Shown: in pieces, positions 1 to 10,100 of the stretch
Numbering within the stretch: the stretch's first letter is position 1
Layout of the letters: each line of letters starts with the position of its first letter
Assembly: GCF_000009705.1 (NCBI RefSeq)
Contig: NC_003240.1
Span: 120,001-152,000, forward strand
Length of the DNA: 32,000 nt
Source of the DNA: Nostoc sp. PCC 7120 = FACHB-418
Lineage (GTDB): Bacteria > Cyanobacteriota > Cyanobacteriia > Cyanobacteriales > Nostocaceae
Reading direction: 5' to 3'
The notes under the pieces: generated by a model
Told to the model about the DNA's origin: nothing
What the model saw: the letters and a program-made list of their open reading frames with translations, nothing else
The model's database searches: none
Translations under genes and position numbers: made by a program

Positions 1-437
1 ATGAGATGGTGTCCACTGATTGTTGTTGCATCTAAACGTACTTGCTCCACCGCTAATTCATAGGCTCGGATGCTCTTTTGCGTCAGAAACCGTTCTATTT
101 GTTCCCAGGTTTCGGGCTTGCTTAATCGCTTCAACAGTATTCCTAAACGGTCATCGGTAAAGTCTGTTTCTCTAATGTTGATTCCGCATACTTGCTCTAT
201 GGTGTAGTGTCGTTGTTCTACCCATTCCCGAACACGTACTTTTCGGTGGTCGCCCTGTGAGATGATATATGATAACCAAATGCAAGCCACCCATCCCCAA
301 TCCAGTCCTTCTTGTTTCCAGTGACGTGGCAAATGTTGGTTGAGGATTTCTGGCAGTCCCATTTTTTTCATCACCTCTAGCAGCACAACCACATCATCGA
401 TTCGTTCTGATATTATTTGTTGGGGTAAATGTGCCAT
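1..437 (-). mobile_element. DDE transposase gene, 5' part (IS4/IS1634-superfamily-like); the ORF runs off the left edge
   Basis: Absent from the track because there is no stop in the window. A reverse-strand ATG at 437-435 opens a frame that stays open to position 1. Translation: MAHLPQQIISERIDDVVVLLEVMKKMGLPEILNQHLPRHWKQEGLDWGWVACIWLSYIISQGDHRKVRVREWVEQ...DFTDDRLGILLKRL...VRLDATTISGHH. The pattern (GL..G...WL.YI.S.GDHRK, DFTDDRLG, LDATT) matches N-termini of cyanobacterial IS4-type transposases as I remember them. The family assignment is from memory only. Confidence 0.55.
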
Positions 438-563
438 TTCTCACACTTACCATTAAACTGTTACACCTTACACAACTTTCTTCCTAGCACAAGGGCGACG
501 GGAAACGATCACCTACGGTGGGCGGAACGCCATCGCCTGCTTTGATACTCTCTCTTATTTCAT

Positions 564-680
564 CTATTTCACCAAACTCATCCTCGATTGCGCGAACGGT
601 GAGCAATGATGCTGGTGTTTTAAATCTTCGGCTAAGGGTTTAGCAATGCGATCGTCATCTTCAACTATTAAAATTCTCAT
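564..680 (-). pseudogene. Truncated OmpR-family response-regulator gene; only about 25 N-terminal receiver codons are intact
   Basis: A reverse-strand ATG at 680-678 gives MRILIVEDDDRIAKPLAEDLKHQHH, a textbook receiver-domain N-terminus with the acidic pocket EDD. Similarity is lost at about nt 605 (CSPFAQSRMSLVK then stop at 566-564). The transposase gene start lies about 130-170 bp beyond the breakpoint. Confidence 0.5.
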
Positions 681-739
681 ATTTCTATACTATTTATTTT
701 GTATTTAACAAAAAATAGTCATCTATCTGCTTAAACGCA

Positions 740-1558
740 TCACTCAATTGGGTAACGCACTTTTTTCTCCTTTCGCACGGAAAAGAATAGGACAACCGCC
801 AGCAGGATAAAGGCGATCACTGAAGCATAGCCCCTTGGCAGTGATAAACCGCCATCTTTTATCGGTTTGGTAAGAAAATCGCCGAAGGTAGCTCCAAAGG
901 GTCGCGTGAAGATGAACGCGAGCCAGAATAGGAGAACATCGTTCAACTTTGTTACGTAGTGAAGGGCGATGACAACACCAATGACGCTGGCTGTCACGAA
1001 TGCGCCCTGGATATAGCTCAGTCCTAAGTTGCTTGTCAGAAAATCACCAAAGGCCGTTCCCAAACTGTTGGAGAACACAATCGCCAGCCAATACGTTGTC
1101 TCTGCGTCTTTCCTCACAATTGGATAAACGCTCAAATCTCGATCCCGGTAATACCAGATGGCAAGAACGCTCAACAGACTGGCTACCAGGATCAGCGATC
1201 CCATTGCGTAGCCTAGCCCAAGCGATCGATCCATCAGGTCTGAAACTTCAGTTCCGGCTGTGGTTGTCGCAATGATGGCTAACCAGTAAAGGGCTGGACG
1301 ATATCTGTCAGATTGAATTTGAAAAAACAGGAGAATCGCCAGAATAGCAAAAGTTACGGCAAAGGCTATGTAATACCCCAGCCCAAGAGACATTGAGATA
1401 AAGTCACCTGCTGTTTCGCCGAGCGTCGTGGCGATGATCTTCATAATCCAAAAGAAAATTGTGACTTTTGCAACTTTGTTCATTATTGCTCCTATTTGCT
1501 GCTGGACTACCAACACGTTATCTGAACTTGCAGGTTCATCGTAGAGAGAAAAAGTCAA
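740..1558 (-). CDS. Polytopic membrane protein with four internal repeats (COG4705-like as I recall it)
   Basis: 272-aa track ORF. A likelier start is M26 (MNKVAKV, nt 1483). The motif recurs four times: LGETAGDFISMSLGLGY / GTEVSDLMDRSLGLGY / LGTAFGDFLTSNLGLSY / FGATFGDFLTKPIKDGGLSL. Each copy sits between hydrophobic helices. Confidence 0.6.
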   Translation of the reverse strand: MTFSLYDEPASSDNVLVVQQQIGAIMNKVAKVTIFFWIMKIIATTLGETAGDFISMSLGLGYYIAFAVTFAILAILLFFQIQSDRYRPALYWLAIIATTTAGTEVSDLMDRSLGLGYAMGSLILVASLLSVLAIWYYRDRDLSVYPIVRKDAETTYWLAIVFSNSLGTAFGDFLTSNLGLSYIQGAFVTASVIGVVIALHYVTKLNDVLLFWLAFIFTRPFGATFGDFLTKPIKDGGLSLPRGYASVIAFILLAVVLFFSVRKEKKVRYPIE

Positions 1559-1592
1559 GAACTTGGAAAGAGATAGCTAGCAATGAAGATTT

Positions 1593-2822
1593 TTACTCTT
1601 TACCTACTGATTTTCGTCTTCCACCTTCAAATACCAGCAGTAATGCGATCGCACTCAAAGCGAAAATACTTCCAGTGATGAAAGTTGCTTTTGGACTGAT
1701 TGTTTGCCACAAAACACCTCCCAACAAACTAGCTGGTAAGAGTGCTACACCAGTAGCTAAATTAATTAACCCAAAAGCAGTACCTCGTAGATGGGACGGA
1801 ACTCTATCTGCTACCAGTGCTAATAATATGCCCTGACTCATCCCCTGATACAGCCCATACAGCCCAAACAGTCCCCACACCTGCCAAGGAGCATTAACAA
1901 ATGCAAAACCTAAATATGCCAACGCATATACACAAAATCCACCCACTAGTAGCCCCAATCTACCAATGCGGTCAGATAGCAATCCTACTGGATAGGCACT
2001 GAGGGAGTAAGCTATATTCATTACAACTAGAGTAAGTGGTACTAGTGAGGCGGATACTCCAGCTTGCTGCGCTTGCAGCAATAAAAAAGCATCGCTAGAG
2101 TTACCGAGATTAAATAGTAATGCAACCACAACTAGCACCCAGTAGCTTTTACCCAAACTTTGCAAAGCAGACCAATGTAGAGGATTATTCTGCCTTCGAT
2201 TATTTCTATTGTCAGGTTCGCGCACGCCAGTTGCCAAAAGGGCTACTGCTAAAATTCCGGGAAGCACTGCTAACCAGAAAACTAGACGAAAGTTCTGTCC
2301 TGAAAAAGACATCAAGATGAATGCAACTAGTGGCCCAGTGAATGCGCCGATGGTGTCTAAAGATTGCCGCAAACCGTAGGCAGCTCCACGATTAACGCTA
2401 TCGGTAACATCTGCTACGATTGCATCGCGGGGAGCTACACGAATTCCCTTACCAACGCGATCGCCAAAACGAGCCATCAATACCCAAGCAGGACTAGTTG
2501 CCAATGCGAACAGGGGTTTAACTAAGGTAGATAATCCATAACCAACAACAGCTAATTTCTTACGCTGTCCTAAATAATCACTTAAGGCTCCTGAAAAAAC
2601 TTTCAGTACAGAAGCAGTTGATTCTGCAATTCCCTCAATCCACCCAACTGTTAGCAAATTTGCTCCTAATGCTGAAACTAAAAATAACGGCAACACCGAA
2701 TGAATCATCTCAGAACTAATATCAGTTAACAAGCTGACAAATCCCAAAACCCAGACATTACGGGGGATGGTTTGAAAAGTTTTTGTTGTCACTGCTGTTA
2801 CCTTTGAGTTGATGACTGGCAA
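1593..2822 (-). CDS. MFS transporter
   Basis: 409 aa with about 12 hydrophobic segments. MFS loop motif GALSDYLGQRKK and GDRVGKGIRVAPRDA. Same strand as, and upstream of, the 740..1558 gene and the response-regulator remnant. Confidence 0.85.
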   Translation of the reverse strand: MPVINSKVTAVTTKTFQTIPRNVWVLGFVSLLTDISSEMIHSVLPLFLVSALGANLLTVGWIEGIAESTASVLKVFSGALSDYLGQRKKLAVVGYGLSTLVKPLFALATSPAWVLMARFGDRVGKGIRVAPRDAIVADVTDSVNRGAAYGLRQSLDTIGAFTGPLVAFILMSFSGQNFRLVFWLAVLPGILAVALLATGVREPDNRNNRRQNNPLHWSALQSLGKSYWVLVVVALLFNLGNSSDAFLLLQAQQAGVSASLVPLTLVVMNIAYSLSAYPVGLLSDRIGRLGLLVGGFCVYALAYLGFAFVNAPWQVWGLFGLYGLYQGMSQGILLALVADRVPSHLRGTAFGLINLATGVALLPASLLGGVLWQTISPKATFITGSIFALSAIALLLVFEGGRRKSVGKE

Positions 2823-2891
2823 TTCGGTGCTAACAGAAAGCTGTAATTGTTAAATCACAGTTAATTGCATTTATCATCATCACACTTGACG

Positions 2892-2909
2892 ATGAAATTA
2901 GAATGAAAT
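2892..2909. promoter_or_regulatory. Direct repeat ATGAAAT-N4-ATGAAAT (11-bp phasing); candidate winged-helix response-regulator box
   Basis: ATGAAAT at 2892-2898 and 2903-2909, about 70 bp upstream of the minus-strand MFS start (2822). Read on the minus strand it is TTTCAT-N5-TTTCAT, followed 16 nt later by GATAAAT (-10-like). The same box recurs at 12084, 13079 and 13141. Confidence 0.45.
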
Positions 2910-3223
2910 TCTATCGACTCCAAGAAATCTCAATTTGGAGCAATTTTTACGGTTGGCGTAGTGCTTGTAGTTGTTCTAATTGTTGTGTTTGTTCTTGCAG
3001 CCGAATAGCAAGGCGATACCTTTGGCGGGCTATGCCTACGCACACTGTTAAAAAATTGCTAAACAGACAATATGCCAATGCGTTAAGCTATTATGCCTTT
3101 TTAGCTTCAGGGTTTCTTTCGCAAGCATGAAGACAAATATCGCACATAGCTTTATTTTTAAGCAATAACAGTAATTTATTAATCTTATCAATAGGCAAAT
3201 CAAAAATTTTGATTTGTGGCTAA

Positions 3224-4606
3224 GTGGATGTTTGCGAGGGTAATTTAATTGTGAGGCTAAGAACCAGGACAGTAATCACAAATCGCTTGAGCAAACTAGC
3301 ACGGACTCGCACAATTTGGGTATTTTTACTCACCATTTTGATTGTGATATCAATAACTATACCCAATTCAGTGAGAGCGCAAGATGAACGAGTAACAGTA
3401 CGTCTAGATGGTCGTGCATTGTTCCGAGTAAGTGCAGTGGATAACACCAAGGCATCAGATCGAGCAAGGCAAATCGAACGACGCATGAATCGGTTATTAG
3501 AAAATCCAACAGCAATTTCTCCACCTCAGATTGAAACTTCCCAAGATAAGCAAAAGCGTGTTATTACTACTGCGGGAGTACCAATTGTTACTCTAACTAC
3601 AACAGATGCTCAAGACAATTTAACAACCGTTGACGCGCTAGCTATCCAATGGTCACAGGCAATTGATGCTGCTCTTAAACGAGCAAGTCAACGCCGCCTT
3701 TCGCCTTGGGGGCGATTTGTAGCAGAAGTACAAGCATCAGTAGAGACTGCTTTTGGGCGACTGATAGAATCTGCCATCACAATTATTCCGCGTGCGATCG
3801 CTGCTATTTTAGTAATTGGTCTTTTCTGGGCAATAGCCACATTCATACGCTGGCTGATGCGAATTATCTTCCGCCACATTGTTGAAGATTTGACTGTTGA
3901 AAACCTAATTAAGCAGGTTGCATATTACGCCGTTTGGACACTCGGCTTGATAGTTGCCCTCGATGCTTTTGGTTTTGATCCCCAGGCTGTGGCTACTGGA
4001 TTAGGATTAACTAGCCTTGCCTTGGGATTTGCCCTCAAGGATATCATCTCCAACTTTATTAGTGGTATGCTAATTCTTGTCTTACGTCCTTTTGAGTTGG
4101 GCGATCAAATTGTTGTTGGCGAAACCGAAGGAAACGTTGAACGTATAGAATTGCGTGCTACCCAACTTCGTACATACGATGGTCGTGTGGTACTGATTCC
4201 TAATGCTGAAGTGTTTACTTCTCGGATCATTAACAACACAGCTGCACCTATCCGCCGTAGTAGTGTCGAACTATTCATTGGTTACGATAGCGACCTGCAA
4301 CAAGTAGTTACTGTATTAAAAAATGCAGCCCAGGCAACACAAGAGGTACTTGATGAGCCGGGGGTTTCTGTGCGGATACGAGAGTTAGGACAAGATGACG
4401 TTGTAGTTGAAACGCGCTTTTGGACAGATTCGCGGCGTTCTGATTTTGTGGCTACGACATCAGCAGTTAGACAGGCGATAGTTGCTGCGTTGAAAAAAGC
4501 GAATATTGGATTACCAGACCCCGATGTAAGAATTTTAGTGCCGCGTCATCCGCAAAGGTGGCAAGCAGCATTCGGTTTAAAGGATAATGACAGTGCTTCA
4601 TCTTAA
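3224..4606 (+). CDS. Mechanosensitive ion channel, MscS family
   Basis: 460 aa. TM helices are followed by the MscS core LALGFALKDIISNFISGMLILVLRPFELGDQIVVGETEGNVERIELRATQLRTYDGRVVLIPNAEVF. The exact start is uncertain. Confidence 0.85.
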   Translation: MDVCEGNLIVRLRTRTVITNRLSKLARTRTIWVFLLTILIVISITIPNSVRAQDERVTVRLDGRALFRVSAVDNTKASDRARQIERRMNRLLENPTAISPPQIETSQDKQKRVITTAGVPIVTLTTTDAQDNLTTVDALAIQWSQAIDAALKRASQRRLSPWGRFVAEVQASVETAFGRLIESAITIIPRAIAAILVIGLFWAIATFIRWLMRIIFRHIVEDLTVENLIKQVAYYAVWTLGLIVALDAFGFDPQAVATGLGLTSLALGFALKDIISNFISGMLILVLRPFELGDQIVVGETEGNVERIELRATQLRTYDGRVVLIPNAEVFTSRIINNTAAPIRRSSVELFIGYDSDLQQVVTVLKNAAQATQEVLDEPGVSVRIRELGQDDVVVETRFWTDSRRSDFVATTSAVRQAIVAALKKANIGLPDPDVRILVPRHPQRWQAAFGLKDNDSASS

Positions 4607-4657
4607 CCCTCTGATAAGTTTTAAGCAATATCTGATCGGAATATTATCAACAACAGT

Positions 4658-6049
4658 TTAATGACTATGACGATGGTGAATGTCCCTAGTGTGAGGGTGA
4701 GTGTGATAAAGAATCCTCGTGTGTTCGTGAAGATGGTTGTGAGGTTCAGCTATAACTATCCCCTCATCGTGGTCATGCTGATGGCATTCATCGTGGATAT
4801 GTTTATGTTTATGCACAGTAACATATTGTAGATGTTCGTGTTCATGTGGATGAGGCGAGAGGGTAATTTGCACTACCACTAGCAGCATCAAGCCCACTAA
4901 GCTACCGTAAATAAACTCACGTTCAGCAAAGTGACTTCCTAACCAACCCGCAAGAGGGTAGGAGATTGCCCACCAAAGATGACTCCAGGCAAAGTGTGCG
5001 CCATAAACTCGCCCTTGTATAGCAGTCGGGATACGGTCTGCAATTAATGTCTGAGTAGGTAAGTTGACTAAATTTTGCCCCGCACCCGCTACCAACCATA
5101 AGACCATCAATACTGTTAAATTTGCGTAGTTGGCAGGTAATAAAGCCAAGGTGATCAAAGTTGCACCAATAAAAACAAACGTTGTACGCGGCAAACTTCT
5201 ATTGAACGTACCATAAATAACTGCACACAGAGTTGCACCAATCCCAAAAGCTGCCATCACCCAGCCGTACTGCACTTCTCCAAACTTAAGTGTACCTTGC
5301 ACATAGCCAACAGTATTGACTAAGATTTGCGCTCCGGCAATTGATGCGACCAACTGCATTGCTAGCGCGTAACGAATAGGTGCATCTGTAAGCAGGCGAG
5401 TTGTACCGTCTTTAATGTCTCCCCATGTTCGGCGTGTTGTTCTGGAAGGCTGTTGATTTTGTGCAACTACGAGCTGACCTGGTAGGGTAAAGATTAACAC
5501 TGCCGCGATCGCAAAGCTGAGAGCATCCAAAAAGAAGACTTGTCTTGCACCAATGAAGGCGGCGACACTTCCAGCGATACCGGGGCCAAGTACACCAAGT
5601 AATTGGTAAGTAGCGGACGAAAGTGCGATCGCGCCTGCATAGTCATTCTCACTCGTGACTAATGGAATCGTGGCTTGGTAAGTTGGGGTGAAGAAAGCAT
5701 TAAAGACGTTGAGTGCAAATATTAATACGTAAACTTGCCAAATCTGCGTCACAAAAGGCAACATACCCACAATTAACATTCTGAATATGTGGGTAACAAC
5801 CATGATTTTCTTGCGGTCGAGTCGGTCTGCGATCGCACCTGCAAGAGGAGACAGCAATACAAAAGCAGTCACACGCAGAGTTAAAGCGACTGAAAGCACA
5901 ACCGCCGCATTCTTTCCAGCTAAGTTAAAAGCCAGAAGGGCTAAACCCACCCAAGTAAGTGCATCACCCAATAAACTAGTGGTTTGAGCAGTATACAGCC
6001 TTGCAAATACCGGATTTCTCAAGCTGCGGAAAAATGTCAAGGTATTCAT
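4658..6049 (-). CDS. MFS exporter with a His-rich C-terminal tail (NreB/NrsD-like; putative Ni/Co/Zn efflux)
   Basis: 463 aa with about 12 TM segments. The last roughly 65 aa are HPHEHEHLQYVTVHKHKHIHDECHQHDHDEGIVIAEPHNHLHEHTRILYHTHPHTRDIHHRHSH. NreB and Synechocystis NrsD are MFS permeases with His-rich tails. Confidence 0.8.
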   Translation of the reverse strand: MNTLTFFRSLRNPVFARLYTAQTTSLLGDALTWVGLALLAFNLAGKNAAVVLSVALTLRVTAFVLLSPLAGAIADRLDRKKIMVVTHIFRMLIVGMLPFVTQIWQVYVLIFALNVFNAFFTPTYQATIPLVTSENDYAGAIALSSATYQLLGVLGPGIAGSVAAFIGARQVFFLDALSFAIAAVLIFTLPGQLVVAQNQQPSRTTRRTWGDIKDGTTRLLTDAPIRYALAMQLVASIAGAQILVNTVGYVQGTLKFGEVQYGWVMAAFGIGATLCAVIYGTFNRSLPRTTFVFIGATLITLALLPANYANLTVLMVLWLVAGAGQNLVNLPTQTLIADRIPTAIQGRVYGAHFAWSHLWWAISYPLAGWLGSHFAEREFIYGSLVGLMLLVVVQITLSPHPHEHEHLQYVTVHKHKHIHDECHQHDHDEGIVIAEPHNHLHEHTRILYHTHPHTRDIHHRHSH

Positions 6050-6100
6050 TTATCAAGGGGCATAGTTATAAAAGTCTTTTATGGTAATATTTTAACACTA

Positions 6101-6117
6101 ATGGGGGGAGGGGGCAT
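6101..6117. promoter_or_regulatory. ATG-G5-A-G5-CAT tract; possible CsoR/RcnR(InrS)-type operator upstream of the His-tailed MFS gene
   Basis: atggggggagggggcat lies 52-68 bp upstream of the minus-strand start at 6049. On the minus strand the C-tract sits immediately upstream of a TAAAAT -10-like hexamer. RcnR/InrS-family sites are G/C tracts flanked by short AT-rich inverted repeats. Confidence 0.3.
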
Positions 6118-6327
6118 ATTTATCAAAGCTGGCAAATAGTCTTGACAAAACCATTTTCACCACTCTGCTATTTTCTAGAAGGGGTGTAGTATTTTTAGCG
6201 TTGCTGTTAGCGCAGCTTGGCGTTAGCCATATCATGGGATGATCTCACCTAATTGGGAACGCATTTTTAATAGTTTCAACCGCCAATTCATTCCGCATTT
6301 ATGCAACGTCGTATTTTTTATTTTTAG

Positions 6328-7026
6328 TCATGGTTGTGGTGTCGCTGTAGCAACCATCATTCCCCACACTACACCAAAATGAAATTTTGTCGCTCGCTCA
6401 ATATCAAACTGTGCAGATTTGAGTAAATTGTGAAATTCAAATTGGGAATAACACTGCTTATAAGCAGGATCAACCAACTTTAATATAAAATCGCAAAGGC
6501 GGCACAATAAATAATCTTTGCACCAATCCAAAATAATTACTTTACCGTCAGGTTTCAATACACGTTTCATCTCTACTAATGCGGCATTTGGGTCATCAAA
6601 ATAATGGAACGAATTGGCAGATACAACCACATCGAAACTATTATTTTCAAATGGCAACGTCGACGCGCTAGCATTATAAAACGAGACATGAGGATACGCT
6701 TGAAGTTTTTGTTGAGCTACAAGCAGCATCTTCTCTGAAATGTCTACTCCAATTATACATTGCGTTGGGTTCTCAGTTAACAATAACCGTTCAAATTCAC
6801 CTGTTCCACAGGCAACATCCAGCACAGTTGTTGATGGAGATATTTGCGCCCAGTCTTTCAGAAATGAAAGCGTATTTGCAACATAACTATTCCAGCGTTG
6901 GTCATATATTGCTGCTAGCTTGTCATACTGCTGGCGAACTTTGGTTTCGGTCATAGTGAATATATGGAACTCTTCATTAACCTGATTACTGACACATTTT
7001 GTACTGAAAGCATCAAGATGACTCAA
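6328..7026 (-). CDS. Class I SAM-dependent methyltransferase
   Basis: Motif I VLDVACGTGEF and a post-I acidic residue (GVDISEKM), then FDVVVSANSFHY. A likelier start is MTETKV (nt 6957). It lies 76-145 bp downstream of the RND gene on the same strand. Confidence 0.8.
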   Translation of the reverse strand: MSHLDAFSTKCVSNQVNEEFHIFTMTETKVRQQYDKLAAIYDQRWNSYVANTLSFLKDWAQISPSTTVLDVACGTGEFERLLLTENPTQCIIGVDISEKMLLVAQQKLQAYPHVSFYNASASTLPFENNSFDVVVSANSFHYFDDPNAALVEMKRVLKPDGKVIILDWCKDYLLCRLCDFILKLVDPAYKQCYSQFEFHNLLKSAQFDIERATKFHFGVVWGMMVATATPQP

Positions 7027-7101
7027 AGTTTACTCAAGGAAAACAATTATATTTAAACCTTTCATCAAGGATTCTAGAAGATAAAATTCCTATGATATTT
7101 A

Positions 7102-10100
7102 TCATTGCTCAAAAACTGCTTTTGGTACTTTGCCATCCTCTACAACTGAGATAGTACGTTTAGGCAACAAGAACTTACCAAACTTAGCATATAAAGCTGG
7201 TAAGACCATCAAAGTTAATGCGGTAGAAGTAAATAAACCACCTAACACCACTACAGCTAAGGGCTGTAATATTTCTTTCCCTGCACCTGTACCAATTACT
7301 AAAGGTATCATTCCTAAAGCTGAAGTGAGAGCCGTCATCAAAATGGCGACCAATCGCTCCATCGAACCCTCAAAAATTACTTGCTGTAAAGGCATTTCTT
7401 GTGCAATCTTGCCGTTGTAGTTATCTACTAGCAGTAGTCCGTTACGTGTTGCTACACCAAATAGAGTAATGAATCCTACTAAAGAAGCGACAGAGATAAT
7501 CCCACCCCCCAAAGCAATAGAAAATATACCTCCCACCAAAGCCAGAGGTAAGTTAATCATGATCATCAGCATGGCAGCAACAGATTTAACTGCGAAGTAC
7601 ATTAAGACTGCAATGATGACCAACGCTAATCCGCCAAAGACTAGCAAATTTTGGGTGGCTCGTTGCTCTGATTCAAACTGACCGCCGTATTGAATAAAGT
7701 AGCCTGTGGGTAATTGTACTGTCTCTCTGACTTTACTTTGAATCTCTTCAACAGCAGAGCCTAAATCTCGACCGGAGACATTCGCAGAAACAACAATCAG
7801 CCGTGAGACATTTTCCCGGTTAATTGTGTTGGGGCCAGTTCCATAGTCAATGCTGGCGACCTGAGCTAGAGGTATTTTTTGACCTGTAGGCGTATCTACC
7901 AACAAATTGCGGATGATGTCTAAATTATTACGTGATTTTAGCTGTAACCAAACCACCAAATCGAATAATTGTTGGTCTTTGAGAACTTGTGATACAACTT
8001 GTCCATTAAGAGCAGTTTCCACCATCTCAGTCAGATTACCAACAGTTAAACCATAACGAGCAGCTGCTTCTCGGTTGAATTGAATTTGTACCTGTCTAAT
8101 GGGAACTTGGGGTTCGAGTTGTAAGTCTACCAGTCCGTTAATTCCAGTCATAGCCGACTGAACTTCAGAGCCAATGTGGCGTAGTTGGGCTAAATCAGGT
8201 CCGAAGATTTTGACTGCGATCGCACTTCTTACTCCCGATAATACCTCATCCATGCGATGCGAAATAAAGCCGCCAATATTAGGAGCAACTCCGGGAATCT
8301 TGGCAAATTCCTCTCGCAACTTCTCAATACTTCCTTCCCGATCTTTTAACCCTTCTGCACTTAATTCCACATCTAAATGTCCCAAATTCACCCCCCCTGC
8401 ATCCGCATCACCAGCAGCGCGTCCAGCTCGTAACTGCACCGTCTTAAATCGCTTGTCGTCTTTAAGCGCATCTTCCAACGCGAACCCGACTTGGTTTGTC
8501 GCCTCCAGAGAACTCCCTGGATAAAGCAAAACTGTGTTCACTAAGGATGGTTCTTGAAACTCTGGCAAAAATACCCTTCCTAAACTCGGCAAAATTACCA
8601 AAGAAGCTACTAAGGATGCACCCGCCACTACCAAAATAATTGTCGGGAAACGGATGGAAAAATTTACCAGAGGTCGATAAATTCGTTGTGATAAAGCACT
8701 TATCCAGGTATCATCGGCTGGTAATTGTCGATTTGCTAGCAAAATCGCACAAAGTGCCGGAGATAATGTCATTGCCACTAATGTAGAAGCAAAAATTGAT
8801 ACCAAATAGGCAACACCCATTGGCGCGAATATCCGACCTTCTACACCTGTAAGGGTGAAAATCGGTGCAAAGACCACGCCAATAATGACGGTGGAGAAAA
8901 TAACACTGACTCTGACTTCTACAGAAGTATCATAAACAACTTTAAAGGGATGCACTGGATTACTTGCTACTTGGTTTTTGCGTAGACCCCGGTAACAGTT
9001 TTCCATATCTACAATTGAGTCATCCACTACCGAACCAATAGCAACAGCTAATCCTCCCAATGTCATCGTGTTGATACCTTGGCCAAATAAGCCCAGAATC
9101 ATCATGCCAATCAAAACTGATAACGGAATGGCGCTGAGGGTGATAATCGCGGTGCGCCAGTTCATCAAAAACATCAACAAGATGATGGAAACAATGATAA
9201 TGCCATCGCGTAGAGAACTGGTAACGTTTTCAATAGCAGCTTCAATAAAGTTTTCTTGACGGAAGGTTTCTGTGACTTTGACATCTTTGGGTAAGCCAAC
9301 TTTAATTTCGGCGATCGCCTTTTCCACAGCTTTAGTAACCGTGGGAGTATCATTCTGTGGCTGCTTGTTGACCATCACCACAATTGCTGGCTGACCATTC
9401 AAACTGCCATCGCCACGTTTTAAAGCTGCGCCAATGCTGACATCTGCTACATCTTGCAACAGTACAGGCGTTCCGTTCCGCGCCGTTATTGCAGATTTAC
9501 CCAATTGCTCAATTGACTCGATGCGCCCCAAGCCACGAATAATTAGCTCTTGATCTGGATTTACTAAAAAGCCACCAGCAGCATTGACATTTGCTCCTTT
9601 AGCCGCAGCTGTGACTTCATCTAAGGTGACATTAAAAGCTTTTAATTTCGCTGGGTCAACCAATATCTGATACTGGCGAATATCACCACCATAAGCAATT
9701 ACTTGGGAAATACCCGGTACAGCTAGCAATCTATTGGTAACATCTTGGTCAACTAAGCGCCGCACTTCCATCAGTGGGGTTGTTTCAGCAGTGAAAGCAT
9801 ATTGTAGGACTGTGCCAATGGGAGAAGAAATAGGCGAAATTTGTGGATTTTCCACGCCCTCTGGTAATTTTTGCTGTACTTGTTGCAATCGTTCTGTTAC
9901 TAGTTGACGAGCTTGATAAACGTCAGTCCCCCATTTAAAAATGACTTTGACGACGGAGATGCTGACAGCAGAGGAAGAACGTACTGTTTCTACCCCTGGT
10001 GTACCATTCACTGCACTTTCAATCGGCAAGGTAATTAGTGTTTCTACTTCTTCTGGTGCTAATCCTGGAGCTTCGGTTTGAATTTCAACTTGAGGCGGAG

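Noticed and set aside
1000-2320. Track ORFs 1000..1275, 1468..1836 and 2120..2320 on the + strand
   Set aside because: They are antisense to the 4-repeat membrane protein and MFS genes, with no start context or motifs.
510-3045. Possible dispersed GC-rich repeat: cctacggtgggcggaacgccatcgcc at about 513-538 versus ggcgatacctttggcgggctatgcctacgc at about 3012-3041
   Set aside because: The two share only short words (ggcgat / cctacg) and do not align in either orientation when written out. This is not supportable as a repeat family from this window alone.
2903-3130. 75-aa Cys-rich ORF in the MFS/MscS intergenic region
   Set aside because: It starts inside the ATGAAAT box and runs through low-complexity sequence (tgttg/tgtag repeats) and a GC-rich segment (ggcgatacctttggcgggctatgcctacgc). 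It has no RBS and no family resemblance, so it is more likely non-coding.
6196-6232. Three close copies of TTAGCG/GTTAGC (tttttagcgttgctgttagcgcagcttggcgttagcc)
   Set aside because: The copies are short and irregularly spaced, with no symmetry or obvious relation to a promoter. This is likely chance or the remnant of degraded sequence.
7130-9259. Track ORFs 7130..7420, 7469..7681, 8174..8524 and 9068..9259 on the + strand
   Set aside because: All lie antisense inside the 1041-aa RND pump gene. Their translations are low-complexity (Pro/Ser/Ala/Lys-rich) shadow frames with no motifs.
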